Assembly: GCF_009834535.1 (NCBI RefSeq)
Contig: NC_045696.1
Location: 68,200,001 to 68,264,000 of the forward strand
Origin: Camelus ferus
Taxonomy: Eukaryota
Direction: 5' to 3'
Length of the DNA: 64,000 nt
Every line of letters begins with the position of its first letter. Within the stretch, counting starts at the first letter, position 1. Positions 46,716 to 59,604 of this stretch are shown here, one piece after another. A program made the translations under genes and the position numbers. A model generated the notes under the pieces. It was not told the DNA's origin. It saw only the letters and a list, made by a program, of their open reading frames with translations, and searched no databases.

Positions 46716-47929
46716 GTTCTCCATTTCATTGGCTCCTTTAAAAATCATTTAGGTGGCTGTTTTATTGACTGGGTGCTCTGAGGCTTATTATCTGGTGACA
46801 CTAGAAGTGGTGAATTCTAGCAGAAGGAAAGAAGGGGTCCTCACCCACTACTGATTTTGTGGTGCCAAATGGCTGCCTTCATTAATGAGGAGGGAAGTCA
46901 GATTAGTTAGAACTGTCCACTGGGGGTTTCTATCATTAGCATCCCACTTTGCCAGTAAAGGAGTTGTTGAAGCCTGAAGGAGGGCCTCCCTCTGAAAGCC
47001 TGAGAGGACATGAGCTGTAGGGCGAGGTGGGGGGACATCTCGGCACTCAGGGTCTTAGTGCCCTCCCTTTCCTTCTGCAGATCCAGCTCGGAGAGAGCAC
47101 AGCTCACTGGTGCTCCCCTCGGAGACTAGGTTTCCATGCCTAAGAAATGGATATGCTAGACCCTTCCTGGCTTACCTCCGGGGGTGGTGGGGAGGGTCCC
47201 ATGTTACCTGGAGGGGACAGTGTTCCAGAAACTGAAGGGACTGATGAACTCAAGCAGCATCATTTGTACTTGTTATTACACTTCCTCAACTCTCAATGGT
47301 CTTACTGGAGGGATGGAAGCCCAGACCAGTGTCCTTTTCCTAAAAGTGGCTCCAAGAAACGTTATGCAAGAGAACACACAGCATCCAGTATGAATAACCA
47401 CGGCTCCTGCCCCACCTGCCTGTCAGAACCCTGTGGAGGATTAAGTTAGATCATGATGTAAGAGCGTTTTAAAATTATAACAATTGCTATTATTATGACA
47501 TCCTTTTACCTCAAAGATTAAAAGGGGGCTCTTAATCACCTGAGAGAAATTTACTCAAACCCTCAGCAATGCTATTTATGTTATGGCCCTGCCTCATCTT
47601 GGGAGTAAAGAGTTTTACTTGGCTGAGAAGTCGGAAAGGGGCTGGGTTGAAACTCCTCTGCTCATATTTTGTTTCTTATACCTTTAGGGTGCTCTTTTTG
47701 AGTCAATGGCTCTAGCTTTCCATAACGACCTGTAACCTTCTGGCCCCTTGGCTCAAGCTGATCCCTGAGGACTAATTCCCTTTCTGAAGCGGGCTTTTTT
47801 GGTTTTCTCTCCTGTACCTGGGGAAAGACAGTTACTCTCAGAGATTAGAAAGACAAACTCCTCAGGAACCTAAAAAACATTTGAAGTGGATAGAGGTCAA
47901 CCTTAGCTTAATAATGTCAAGTGAAAACA

Positions 47930-48330
47930 GATACATGCTTTTTATTTCCAAAGAGAAGTAGAGGCAGCTTATAGTATGGGATATGCATGGAGGATATAAA
48001 ATTGTAAATAAAAAATTCAAGGCATAAAAATAGCAAGAAAACAAATATGTTACTTATGAGGCTTAATGAGTATATTATTGCAAATGAGCATTAAATAGAG
48101 CTCTGAGCTTCCTGGCAGGCAAGACAAAAAGTAAACATGATGACTTACATTATTTCCTTTTTTGAATTGAAAGGAGTGTCCTGATTGTTTGAATTTTTTT
48201 TTTTTTTCTGGTACTGATTTTGAAAACAAATTTCATACTGAGTAACCCTCAAGGGTAATGAATACGTCTTTAGCAAGAGTTTTACATATAATGCAGGAAA
48301 GTTCTTTTTATATTTCCATCTTGTTCCCCT
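47930..48330. mobile_element. Probable ancient repeat (L4/RTE-X-like), family uncertain
   Basis: ttccaaagagaagtagaggcagctta and gagctctgagcttcctggcaggcaagacaaaaag resemble my recollection of an L4-type 3' end; not verified. Confidence 0.3.
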
Positions 48331-48339
48331 TTTTGAACT

Positions 48340-49205
48340 CCAGGCTCATATTAACGACTACATTTCTTCCAGATGTTCCAGAGTCACCTCAAACAGAACA
48401 TATACCAAACTGAACTGAACTTTCTGAAATTAGTTCATTTTCCTGTGTCCATTATTTCAGGTAAATCATCACATATACAAGCTGTCCTTGCCAGAAAAAT
48501 CTCAGGTTTAGGTGACTCCTCGCCTAACTTCCAGCCCACGCCCAGTCGATCCTGAGACTCGGTCTCCTGGACTTTGCTTAAATTCTTCCTTTCTACTAGG
48601 ATCACCACTATTTTAAGCCAGGACCTCACCGTCTTTCACCTGGGCCATTGCAATGGCTTTTAAAGCTGCCTTCTTATTATTTCAACCTGTTTTCCACACT
48701 GTCTCTCTAGAAACAGACCTATAAAAAAATGCAAACCTAAACTTTCTGCAAACTTTCCACAGGCTGCCTGTTGCCTTCACCGTGAAACCTCGGCTCTGGG
48801 CTTGGCCGATGAGCCCTTTCACCTGCTGAGCTTCCAGCCTCATGTGCTGCCACACCGCTCACAGATTCTCTAACCCGGGCTGCTCGTTTGCACAGCCGAT
48901 TCCTTACACCTAGAAATCCCTCCTACTTTGCAAACCTGGTGCCCCCTATTCTGAGACGCTTTTCTGATCCCCTTTCAACACCCACCATAGTTGGGTTCTC
49001 CCTGCTCTGGATTCCCCAGGACCCGGCATATCTCAGTTATACTTACCACATGTGCTGCACGTGGTTTGCTTAGTTTCTGAGTTCTCCAAGGGTATTAACT
49101 CCTTAAAGACAGAAATGGAATCTCATTCAATCTAGATTTCCAACTCTATATGAGTGCCTGGCATGGCTGGAGGCTGATAAGTATCTGTTGGCTAAATGGG
49201 TGATG
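48340..49205 (+). mobile_element. LINE-2 ORF2 end plus 3' UTR
   Basis: gatgttccagagtcacctcaaacagaacatataccaaactgaact; tttcacctgggccattgcaatggc; gtgcctggcatggctggaggctgataagtatctgttggctaaatg. Confidence 0.85.
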
Positions 49206-49406
49206 AGAAGATAGGACATGGTTTGTCCCGGGGGGGCCAAGTTCAGGATGTGTTCACTTGCGTACAGGCATCCATAGAGCTTTTTCTCTGAGATATCTGG
49301 AGGAGTCGGTGGATAGACAGTGCTTTAGATAAACCTCTCTGAAAGCATCTCTCCATGCTAGACTTTGGAGCTGGTGGCAGACGATGAATGATTTTGCTGT
49401 TTGCAG

Positions 49407-49442
49407 AGACCTCAGTGGCTGACTTTCTATGCACCCAACCAG
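49407..49442 (+). other. Candidate 36-nt exon (unverified)
   Basis: attttgctgtttgcag|AGACC...CAACCAG|gtaaat; frame-preserving length. Confidence 0.2.
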
Positions 49443-50099
49443 GTAAATATGTACACTTTGACCGTCCTGTGTGTGTGGGGATGGGTAATATTCTATTAAG
49501 AGAAGAAAGAAGCCGAACCAGGAAGTGGATTATGACGGTGTCTCCCTGCCCACCCTGGGTTTCCCTCAAGAAGTACTGCTTTCTGTCACGACCTGGCACA
49601 GCATCATTGGAGAGCCTTTTCCTCGCTCCATCAAATTTCGCATCCTGTAGAGTTTTTGTCAAGTGCATCTGAATTAACTTGGGCACTTGTTTCAAGGGCA
49701 GATTCCCCAGGCCCTTCTCATCCCCCAAAAGATCCCCTGAATCAAAGATGGCCTCAAAGTTGCCTGGGGAACTTTATCAAGCAGGTCCCATTGCCTAGCT
49801 CCTTGGTGGTACTGTTCCAACTCTAGGTTGACAGAGATTGGGCTCAATCTTGTTTTCCACCTCCACGGACCATTTGGTGTGAAGGTTTGTGGGCACAAGC
49901 AATTTCCAACGGCCTGGGGCCAGGACAACAGAGCTGAGCTCCTCCGCGAGCCCCGGGGGCTAGTCCCTTTTTGTCACACAGACCCCACAGGAGAGCAGCT
50001 CCACTCATACTCCGGGGAGAGAATGCGAGCTCCTGTGCACAGTTGGCCAGCGCAGCATCGGTTGAGAAAATAATGTCCAGTAATCTGTTTTTGGAAGTA

Positions 50100-50320
50100 A
50101 ATAATAATCATCCAAAGCCACGTAGGGTTTTGCTGTTCTCAAAACTCTTACATTTGCATTATTTCCTTTGATCTCACGGTAGCCCTGTGAGGCAGGCAAA
50201 CCAGGGCTGTTCGCATTCTATAGATGAGAAACTGAGTCTCAGGGAAGGCAGGTGACTGGTCAGGTCACACAGGGGATGTTAACACAGGGTCCCAAGTTTC
50301 CTGACTCCATTTTTGTGCTG
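50100..50320 (-). mobile_element. MIR SINE
   Basis: cattctatagatgagaaactgagtctcagggaaggcaggtgactggtcaggtcacacag. Confidence 0.85.
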
Positions 50321-50604
50321 GGTCCCATTCCACCTTGCTAGCTGATCTCTCACTAGGTTTGAAAGTTGAGAAGGAGGAACGTGACTAAGGCTGATAGAAC
50401 TTTATTTTAGGGCTCAACAATGTCCGTAAAGAAATTTGCAATTATGATTTGCTATAAAAATGCTAAGTAGAAGTTGAAATAAAAATAAGGTTCCCATTTC
50501 TGGATTGCCAGAGGAGCATTGTGGCTGGATGTTGACACTTGAGCCCCATGCAATAAGAAAGCATCCAAAGTTCATTATCCCAACCTAAGCCTTGAGCAGG
50601 TTTT

Positions 50605-50807
50605 CTGGAGCATGCTGAAGCCGGCTTCAGTCTCTAGTGAGAGCCGACTGTGGGCATCTTTTCCTCACTTCATGGTTTAGCGATGTCACATCGGTAGCCT
50701 GAAATGGCATGGTGCAAGAATTCACCCTATGGAAATCAGCAAATGCTACAGTTCAGGGCTTATCATCCTAGAGAACCCGTGGTTAAACATTTAGCAGTAC
50801 ACCCCTG
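50605..50807 (+). mobile_element. MER63A-like hAT-Blackjack MITE
   Basis: gcatgctgaagccggc...gagagccgactgtg...gaaatcagcaaatgctaca...ggttaaacatttagcagtacacccctg. Confidence 0.75.
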
Positions 50808-52114
50808 CTTAGAAAGACCAATGACTGGCACAAACTGGGAATTTGAATGTTCTCCTCTGTCATCTGCGTGGGACTGTCTTCCTTGCTGATTTTGCTTCTA
50901 ACCACAAGTCATACCCCATTCATGGGATGATGCCATTCCTTAAACAGGAGACTTTCCAACTGAGCTTGCAAAATCATGACAGATAGATTTCTACTAATAG
51001 TCCCTTGTGTTGGTAGAGTTTGTAATGTTTTTCCATCCCTCATCACTTCTGAGCTTTGTGTGGTCTGTGGGGCAGATATCTTCTCCTCTTGGTAGAGAGG
51101 AAGGACCTGAAGATTAGACAAGGGCTGTGACTGCTCCCAGAGTCATAGACCTAGCAATGGCAGACAGGGGCTTGAATGGGGTCTTCTGCCTCCTTGTTCT
51201 GTGCTCTTTCCCTGGTACCAGGCGCCCTCCTTCACTGAGGACAATTGCAATAGCTGCAGCTCAGCCCTGTCTGAGGCACAGAGGAGGGCTGCCTAGATGC
51301 AGTCTGGGGTGGACTATTTTTCTTAGCCCTTAAAGGACAGACAAGCTAGCTTGGGAGTATCTGCAAACAATGGCTAGCCCTACTTTACTGATCCCGTGCA
51401 AGGAAAGGGCATCTACTTTCATTCCCCTTACTCTTGGTCCTCTCTCTGATTCCTTTAAAAACATTGGTGCAGACCGTGTGTTTTTAGGTCCTGCTCTCAG
51501 CAGGAATTTGGAGCCTCGAGTGACCGGCATTAATGCTCTGCTTCCCCTCTTGCACAACTCCCGGCTTCTCTACCGCCCAGTGATGGAATTATTGATTGGA
51601 AAGCATTTCACAACACATTTTCAAAACATGCTGAAGGTCAAGAATTAATGACTCATGGGCAGTCACATTTTTTTCTGCTGTGGCCCCTGTCTGTTATATC
51701 AGTGAGGCTGGTTAATGGAAGTTATGGAGGAAACTGAGATAAACATTAACTCTGTCCAACCCTGGCCAGCAGGACATTCAGTGGCTTGAAAAAATAATTC
51801 GTGATTGTCTATTCAGTGCTTGATCTGCTGAATCACTTGGTTTTTCATACTAAGACTCTTGAAGAATATAAGATGGGAAGTAAAGGATTTCAGTGCTGAT
51901 TTTGCCATCAACTTGTCCCAGAGGGTCAGAGTACTAGAGAGGTACTCAGCTGAAGAAAAAATCTTGACTGCTATTGGGAGACGGGGTGGGACTTGCTGCT
52001 CTGATAGTCCGTGATCATACATCAGTCCTTCAGAGAACAAAGAGATAACCCCTGATCCTGATGCAGTCTTGTAGATAATTATTCACCTGTCTGCTCAAGG
52101 CCAGTAAGGGCTCT

Positions 52115-52340
52115 CTTTGGGACAGTGTGGAAGAATGCCTAGCACAGGCACAGAGATTTCCAGACCTGGAGACCAAAGATCTGGGTTAACTCTCAACTTT
52201 GCCCTGAATGATTTGCATACACTAACAAGTTGCTAGACCTGTTAGAGCCTCAGTTTCCTCACCTGAGAAATGGGTACATTGACAAATGCTTTCTTTCAGA
52301 AGGCTGTTTCAAACATCAAGTTGATATAATGTGTGTGAAC
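52115..52340 (+). mobile_element. MIR SINE
   Basis: gacctggagaccaaagatctgggtt...gagcctcagtttcctcacctgagaaatggg. Confidence 0.85.
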
Positions 52341-52919
52341 TTTTTTTGATACAAACTCTAATGTATGCAAAGACCTACTGTATGGTTCTACATGGGCTGG
52401 TTAAAAGGTTTCGGGGAAAAGAATATCAAGGTGATTTTTTTCCTTCTTGATATGAAAATTTTTTTCTCACTTTTTTTTGCCTAAAATAACCTAATTTGCA
52501 GAATTAGAATTTCTGAATGCCTTTTCAGGAACAATTACGGACCTGAAAATCTCTTAATAGTTCTTCTGTAGGTGTTTATACTCTAAATACCCTGAAAGTC
52601 GTTTAATTCTGATATAACATCATCACAGAAATAAGTTTGATGAATTTGAAGTAATTTGTGGTGTCTGCACCTCCTTTACTTACCAGCAGAGCCCCTCCCC
52701 ATATATACACCTGCAAATTCACGCTCTCCAAGCTAGTGTGGGCAGCACCACCCCTCCTCACTCCTGATGAGAACAAGCCAGTAAAAAAGGAAGCAAATTC
52801 AGTTATGTAAAGCACATTCTCAGTGAGGAAAGGCAAGCATGTGTTTTGCCTTGACTGAAATTGCCTTGTCCCACCAGTTGGCCCCCTTGTCGGGACACAT
52901 CAGAACTTCTGGGGACCTC

Positions 52920-53045
52920 GGCAGCCACCACTCTCCCCTCTCACTGTACAAAAGAGCCACGAGCTGAAAAGTAACTTCACCAGGCTCGCATGGCCAGCTT
53001 GGGGCAGAATCGGGATTCAAGGACCTGTCACCTGACTTCTCCTGC
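52920..53045 (-). mobile_element. MIR fragment
   Basis: gtaacttcaccaggctcgcatggccagcttggggcagaatcgggattcaa. Confidence 0.65.
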
Positions 53046-53859
53046 CTCCCTTCTCCATTACATCAGATGTGGAGAGAACACGGAGAACCTAAAAGAAGAA
53101 AGAAGAAAAAAATAGATCCTGCTTGAATATCTTGGGCTTCTGGTTGTAAAGGACAATTTTATGATCAGCAGCAATGCTGCCTCAAAAGCGACAGTGGCTA
53201 GCTTGAATGAACTTATGTAATAAACACTTAACACAGAACATGTGGCATCAAACACCTGCTAGATCTGAGTGTTGGCGCCAAAGCTGCTTTCACTGTCAAA
53301 GAAAAGAAGGGGGAAAGGAACTTGGCCGAACAAAGCTGGCAGACTTTTCACGAGAAAATTCAGAGGTAATTTCTGGAGGAACAGGAACACATTTCCAAAG
53401 GCTTTTAAAAATGTATTTAAATGTGAGTGTGTGAATTTAGTAGTTAAAGAAGTGAAGGTCACTGAGGACCACCTGGTGCCTAAGAGTCCTGGAAGCCTCA
53501 AGGTAGGCAGGCTCAGAGGTTGCCCAGAGCGATGTCTGAGGCTGCTGATTTCAATCTAGGTTCCCACACAAACACATACCAAAGCCCTTGTGCTTCTTGC
53601 TGGAATCTCTTCTCATTACCAGAACAAAGTCAGAGAGGGAGGGGCCCCTCGTCTCTCAAACTGAGTCTAACCATGCAAAATGGATTCTTTGGCTTGTTTT
53701 GGAGGTCAACCTACATCAACAGAGCAGGACAGTTGCCCAAATGCATGGTCTCTTCCCTTTGGCTACCCTCAAATTTTTGAACAGCAAGATCTGTTCATTT
53801 TTGCACTCGTTTAATAGTTATTGTTGGGGGAGCACCGGACTAGACAGCCTGTCAGATGT

Positions 53860-54010
53860 GCAGGTGGAACAAGCTTTCTGAAACTCAAGTTTCCTCACCT
53901 GTAGGATATGATTCCTCATCTGCCTTGTGGACCTCACCAGCTGCTTCAGGCATCATGTGAATGACACACGGAAGGGCTCTTGCAACGGGAAAGCCTGCTG
54001 TGAGTGTGAA
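53860..54010 (+). mobile_element. MIR SINE
   Basis: ttctgaaactcaagtttcctcacctgtaggat...catcatgtgaatgacacacggaagggctc. Confidence 0.7.
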
Positions 54011-54638
54011 GGGCTGTATGTGAATTTTCCTGATTGGCTCTCTTATGGGCTCCCAGGGTCACACAGAACTGTTTACATTCCTTTCACATCTTCTTGAGTC
54101 AATCATGTAATTGAAGACTCAGGCCCTGTCTTCTAAGTTTTCCTCATCACCTACATTTACATACTACCTTTTACATTAAATAAGTAAAATACCTCAAAAT
54201 CTTGTCACTTCTATTTTTGTTTATCACTTGACCCAAAGACATAAGACTTTACAGAAAAGATGAATAAATAAAAAAGAAAGGCAGACTTGTGAGATTCTTC
54301 TTATCTTTCTTTCTTTATATCCACCAGGGGAATTTTTTTGCCCTTGCACAAAAGTCAGGTCCCACGAAACCGTGAAATAGGTGTTTTCATCTCTTTCCTT
54401 TTTCAGCTGATGGGCTGGATATCTTTCCAGGGATTCCGTGTCAGAAATCAAATCCAACAAGTGGGAAGTTTGACTTGATTCAGGACAGTCTTGCCAAACA
54501 GCCAAGCAGACAGTGAAGTCAGGTCAATTAGAAGAGGCCACAAAAATGAAGCTTTTAATAGATGCCCTGTATATTTGGAGCAGGAAAGGGCTTCAGTCAG
54601 TAGCAGTTGTTATTAATAAAATATAGAAAAAAAAAGAA

Positions 54639-54668
54639 ATCATCACCATCACCATCATCATCATCATC
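54639..54668. repeat. (CAT/CAC)n trinucleotide repeat
   Basis: atcatcaccatcaccatcatcatcatcatca. Confidence 0.85.
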
Positions 54669-55039
54669 AGGCAAACCCTGAAATGTCTTCACTGACACAG
54701 AAGACAGGAGACCTACATAAACACACCATTGCCCTAGGAAGGCCTTTTATCAGTGCCTAAGCAAGTTATATGCCCATGGTCTCTTTTAGGCCGTGTTGTA
54801 GAAAGAAAAACAAAAAAACTTCGGCACTTATTTTAAAATTTAGGATAGGAGGGATAATCTTTAACAGAACGTAGAAAATGCTCCATCAGATCAAAACAAA
54901 CAAGCAAACAGAAGCAGGTCAGTCCTCTTTTTGGCACTGGGCAGGACCATATGCTTCCAGAGATGAGAATTTAAAAATAGCCTGTCACACAGCTCACACT
55001 GTAGCCCTGGGACCTGGTGGGGGTGGGAAGGATTGCCTC

Positions 55040-55290
55040 ACACTTCATAATAGTGACACTTCACATTTATACCAGCCTCTCCTCAAAGAACCCAGAGTCC
55101 TCTCCAGTTATTTACTTTTCTTTAAAAAAAAAATCAAATCCTCCTGGAATTCTTCAAGTTGAGTAGGAGCTGGTACAATTCTTCCCACTTTACAGAGAAG
55201 ATGACTGAGATATCGAAAGGTAAAGTCACCAACTCAGGATTACAGAGTGACTCAGGGGTTAGTCTTGTGCTATTCATAACACACAGGGCT
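55040..55290 (-). mobile_element. MIR SINE
   Basis: cccactttacagagaagatgactgagatatcgaaagg. Confidence 0.65.
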
Positions 55291-56170
55291 GCCAAGTGCA
55301 GCAATATCCTGGGCTGTGAGAGCCACGAGTTCATAGGATATTGCACAAAAAAGAGAGACAGTTGCTTCTCATTGCCTCTGTTTTGAAATGCACTTGCCCT
55401 TTATTTTAAGCATTGCATCAGTTTCCAATTTTAAGGCAAGTTGCTTATAAGCCACGGTGACCTATGTTTGCAGACCAACTTACAGAGGCATTATAATAAT
55501 GTCATTTTTCACATGTCCGTACTTCCTTGCACTTGAGACGGTTTACCCTCACCATCGCATCAGGTGTGTGTAACGAGCTGTAATTTAGGTGGGGCCAGGG
55601 CTATGACGACGGCAAACAGAGGCTCAGGGTGTGAGGGAACTTTCTCACCTGGTGAGTGCAACAGACACACACAGAAACCCCAGTCTTTTCTCTGCACGTC
55701 TGAGGTGTTTTCCTGCCCCAAGCTGAGCCCTTCATCTAAGCGATGTGGTAAGACTGGCTGCTGGGTGTGTGTTACCAGGAAAACCAACCCTCTCTGTGCT
55801 CAGGTTGGACTCTTCCACCCCGTTTGGTGCCCAACCCTCAGTTTCTAATTGGTTGCAATAACCCTGAAGGAGGGAATCCTAGATGTGGCAAAAACCAAGG
55901 GAAATCAGTAATTAGCTCCATTTCTGGGGGAAGGAAATCTCTCGTCATCCTGGTAGGTCCAGGCAGACGGTCCGGATATATGTGGAGTCCAGTGATGTGT
56001 TACTGACTAGCCGTAACCCCTATTTCAACCATAACTCCCTCTGCTCTGTATCATAACCACTTTCCAAACTCTCTAAATTCCCTTGCTGCTTTCCCCTTCA
56101 TTGGGCAAAACCCCAGTCCTGGTGAAATGTAATTATCTTCTCTCTCCTTTTTTGCTTGCAACTTAGCAGC

Positions 56171-56245
56171 AGAATGCTATGCTGTACACCAGAAACTGAC
56201 ACAGCATTGTAAACTGACTATACTTCCATTAAAAAAAAAAAAAAA
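56171..56245 (+). mobile_element. Very short L1 3' tail with A15
   Basis: gctgtacaccagaaactgacacagcattgtaaactgactatacttccatt followed by A15. Confidence 0.85.
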
Positions 56246-56381
56246 GAACATTGCAGATCATTCCGACCAGCCTGCTTTAAATTTATGACCACGACCCTCA
56301 AATGGACCCTGCCAGGGTCCCTAGGATGCTTCTAGCAAATAGACTTTTTCAGTATCTGGATCAATTTTTTCATACCTTTGC

Positions 56382-56580
56382 NNNNNNNNNNNNNNNNNNN
56401 NNNNNNNNNNNNNNNNNNNNNNNNNNNNNNNNNNNNNNNNNNNNNNNNNNNNNNNNNNNNNNNNNNNNNNNNNNNNNNNNNNNNNNNNNNNNNNNNNNNN
56501 NNNNNNNNNNNNNNNNNNNNNNNNNNNNNNNNNNNNNNNNNNNNNNNNNNNNNNNNNNNNNNNNNNNNNNNNNNNNNNNN
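56382..56580. other. Assembly gap (199 N)
   Basis: Run of N. Confidence 1.
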
Positions 56581-56690
56581 TTTACTTATTTTTATTGAAG
56601 TGCAGTCAATTACAATGTGTCAGTTTCTGGTGCACAGCACAATGTCCCAATCTTGCATATACATACATACATTTGCTTTCATAATTTTAT
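56581..56690 (-). mobile_element. Short camelid-type L1 3' end
   Basis: tttttattgaagtgcagtcaattacaatgtgtcagtttctggtgcacagcacaatgtccc. Confidence 0.85.
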
Positions 56691-58215
56691 GCCTCCCTCC
56701 TTTAAGTCTCCACCATGCTTCACCCTCTCCATCCCCCAGAAAGATGATCTTCCTTTTTTGCTGTCAGAGGAAATTATTCTATTTTTCCACCACCAACTCC
56801 TTATCTCACCGGCATCTGTACCCACGTATGCTGCCTCCTCCTGTTAAGTGGGAGCCGTGTCACAGCCCCTAAGGTCAAGTCTCCCATGTATCCTCTGGAT
56901 CCTGTCTTCCTTGCGTGTGCTTCTCTCCTGCAAAGTCACTTTCTCTTATCCTGTTACATCCATTCTATCAGAGTACAGATATGTCTGTATCACAACTATT
57001 GTAATAGCCATTAAAAAACAGTAACAACTCTCCCTTACCCTGCATATCCTCACAGCTACCACCCCATTTCTCTGATGCCTTTACAAAAAACCTTCAAAAA
57101 GTAAGATCTACATTTCCTGTTTCCCTTCGTTAACTCTCATTCTCTTCTCCACAATGCTCCAGACTTCTTCTGATCCTGTCACTCCACTTAACAGCCCTTA
57201 TCAAGGTCACCACGTGATGGACTTGTTTCTAAAGCCAAAAGGTGCTCAACTAACTGGACTCTTCAGTAGAAATCGATATGGTTGCTCCTTTCTTCTTCTT
57301 TGAATGTCTCCTTCTCCAGGCTTCTGTGATTCTGCCCTCACCTCATTTGCCCTTACCTTCTTGTCCCCTTGTCAGGCTCTTCCTCCTCTACATTAAATTT
57401 TGGAGTACTCTGGGGTTCTTGTCTCAATTCTGTCTTACTTTTCCTAGATAAATTCATAGAGTCCCATGGCTTTAATGTATTATCTTTATGCAGATAACTC
57501 CAAATCTCTGTTTTCATCTGACTTCTCCCTTGAGCTCCAGCCTTGGTAACTCTAATTGAATATCTAATAGGTATTGAGCACAAACCATGACTCAAACCAA
57601 ACAATTGATTTATCCTTCCCCCTCCGTTAGCTCCTCCTCCCCAAGTCTTCCCTGGCACGGTCGGTGGTCTTGAGCCTTCTAGCTATTTGCTCAGGGTCAA
57701 CAACTGAATCATTCTAGTTATCTGTATTTCCCTCAAACCCCATGTTTAATCCACCAGCAAGTCCTATTGACCTTACATCTAAAATATATGTCAGTTTAAG
57801 CTTTTTTTCATCGTCTCCACTGCTTATTCTAACTGCCATCATATTCTTCCTGTCTAGACTTTTGCCTTCATCGTTTTCCATACATACATCATTCCATCGC
57901 AGGAATGATGTTTCTAGAATCATAATTACAATGTCACCTCTCTGCCAGCTCCTCTTACCATGACCTGTAAAGCCCCACAGGACCCATCCCCTGACTACCT
58001 GTCTAGCATCTTCTCCTTCCACTCTCAGCCTTGCCCACAACGTTCACCGGCCTTTTTCTCGCTCAAACTCTCTAATGCTTTCCAACCTGGGGACCTTTAC
58101 ACCTGCTTTCCCCTCTGTTAGATGCTCTTCTTCCTGATCTCCAGTGACATTTGGGCCTCAGCACAAATCTTAGCATTCCCTGAGAGCAACCTCACCTGAC
58201 CAACATTGCTAAGGT
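56691..58215 (+). mobile_element. Long LINE-2 remnant (~1.5 kb, RT region to 3' UTR)
   Basis: acagcccttatcaaggtcacc; ttctccaggcttctgtgattc; agtcccatggctttaatgtattatctttatgcagataactccaaatc; tgacttctcccttgagctccag. Confidence 0.85.
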
Positions 58216-58608
58216 GTTCTCCCTAGGGCCAAGTAAGTAGTGTCCCTCCCGCCTCCCCCCACCTCTGCCCCCGAATAGAAGCGTTCTCATTTAGGTTGAA
58301 TTTGGGTGAATTATACCCTCGACTTTTATAGTGAATTGGTATAAAAACTGATATTGAAGTTTGTGACTACACTGTCCCTCATGCTTTAGAGGACATGATT
58401 TGCCATGTCACTCAGTGCCCTTTCTATAAAGCCCTATTCGAGGAATTCTTTTAAGTCTAAGGGCTGACAAGTCTTTGTTTCCCTTGAGGAACTGGTAATG
58501 ACATGCTGACTTTATTCTTTTAGCTTTGCTAACACAAAACCCAGAGCCAAAATCTTGGCTGAATTATTGCAGATGTATAAAGCTATAGGACCTGGTTATC
58601 TGTCTAGA

Positions 58609-58783
58609 CAGCAGTGGCCAGTAGAACGTTCTACAATCATGGCCATTGGCCATATGTGGCCACTGAGAACTTGAAAGGTGGATAGTGAACCTGGGAAGCC
58701 AATATTTTTTGTTATATTTAGTTTTAATTAATTTAAATTTAAATAGACATACGTACCTGGTGGCTACCACATTGGACAGCATG
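58609..58783 (+). mobile_element. MER3 hAT-Charlie MITE
   Basis: ccagtagaacgttcta...ggccatatgtggccactgagaacttgaaa...tttaattaatttaaatttaaatag...gtggctaccacattggacagc. Confidence 0.88.
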
Positions 58784-59444
58784 CACCTGGATATACTATG
58801 GTCTCTTTCTAAGATATTAGAATTTATTTTTATGCATGCCGCATTATTGGTTATTGTATTTCTATAAGTTGCCTTTATCCTTTGGGGCTGGTAGAAAAAA
58901 AGAAAAGAAGAAAACACATTTACGTGAGTAATTGAGTTGACAGGGCAAGTCAGTATATTTACAGCCATAGGTGACACGGTCAGTGTCTGCAGACAGTGAG
59001 TTTTCAGTCCTACCTCTCTTCAGGAGCTCTGTGGGAAGGGCATGAACAGCAAGTCTGAGCTCTAGGTTTTAGTTTTCATTTTGCTGTTGAACATGGCGTG
59101 TGACTCTGAGTGAACCAGATATTCAGTACGTTCATACGTAAAATGGGACTTCTGGATCGATGACTCGGTGCTTTCGGCATCTGGGATGCCAGATACGTAG
59201 CGCTGCACCTGTTCCCATCCTTTCTGAAGCCGAGGAAGCTGGCCTTCCGCTACCTACTTGGAATATAAGGCATACCTTCGGGAGGTGATTTCACTCATGA
59301 CTATGCCTAAGGCAGGGTCACTGGTAACCAATTAAAAACAAATATGAATAGTCCCATCTTCAAAGCGTCTTCAGGGAAGGAGAGCCCACCCTCAGTACTT
59401 AGGTATTTGGATTTTTTTTAATGCAGACTGAGGTGTCATTTCTT

Positions 59445-59590
59445 TTATTATATAAAAGTATAGGACTGAAATCAGAAGACTTGGGTTCTAATTCCATCTC
59501 AGCTACTAACTCGCTCTGTGACTTTGATCAAGTCAGTTTCCTTTTCTCTCAAATGGAGAGGACTGAACCAAATGACATTTAATTTCCTGT
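59445..59590 (+). mobile_element. MIR SINE
   Basis: gaaatcagaagacttgggttctaattccatctcagctactaactcgctctgtgactttgatcaagtca. Confidence 0.8.
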
Positions 59591-59604
59591 CTCACACTAG
59601 CCAT

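Noticed and set aside
56302-56872. 98-aa and 164-aa ORFs
   Set aside because: They span the 199-N gap and run into L1/L2 sequence.
58609-58783. Hairpin-forming region as a pre-miRNA
   Set aside because: Explained by the intrinsic inverted repeats of the MER3 MITE.
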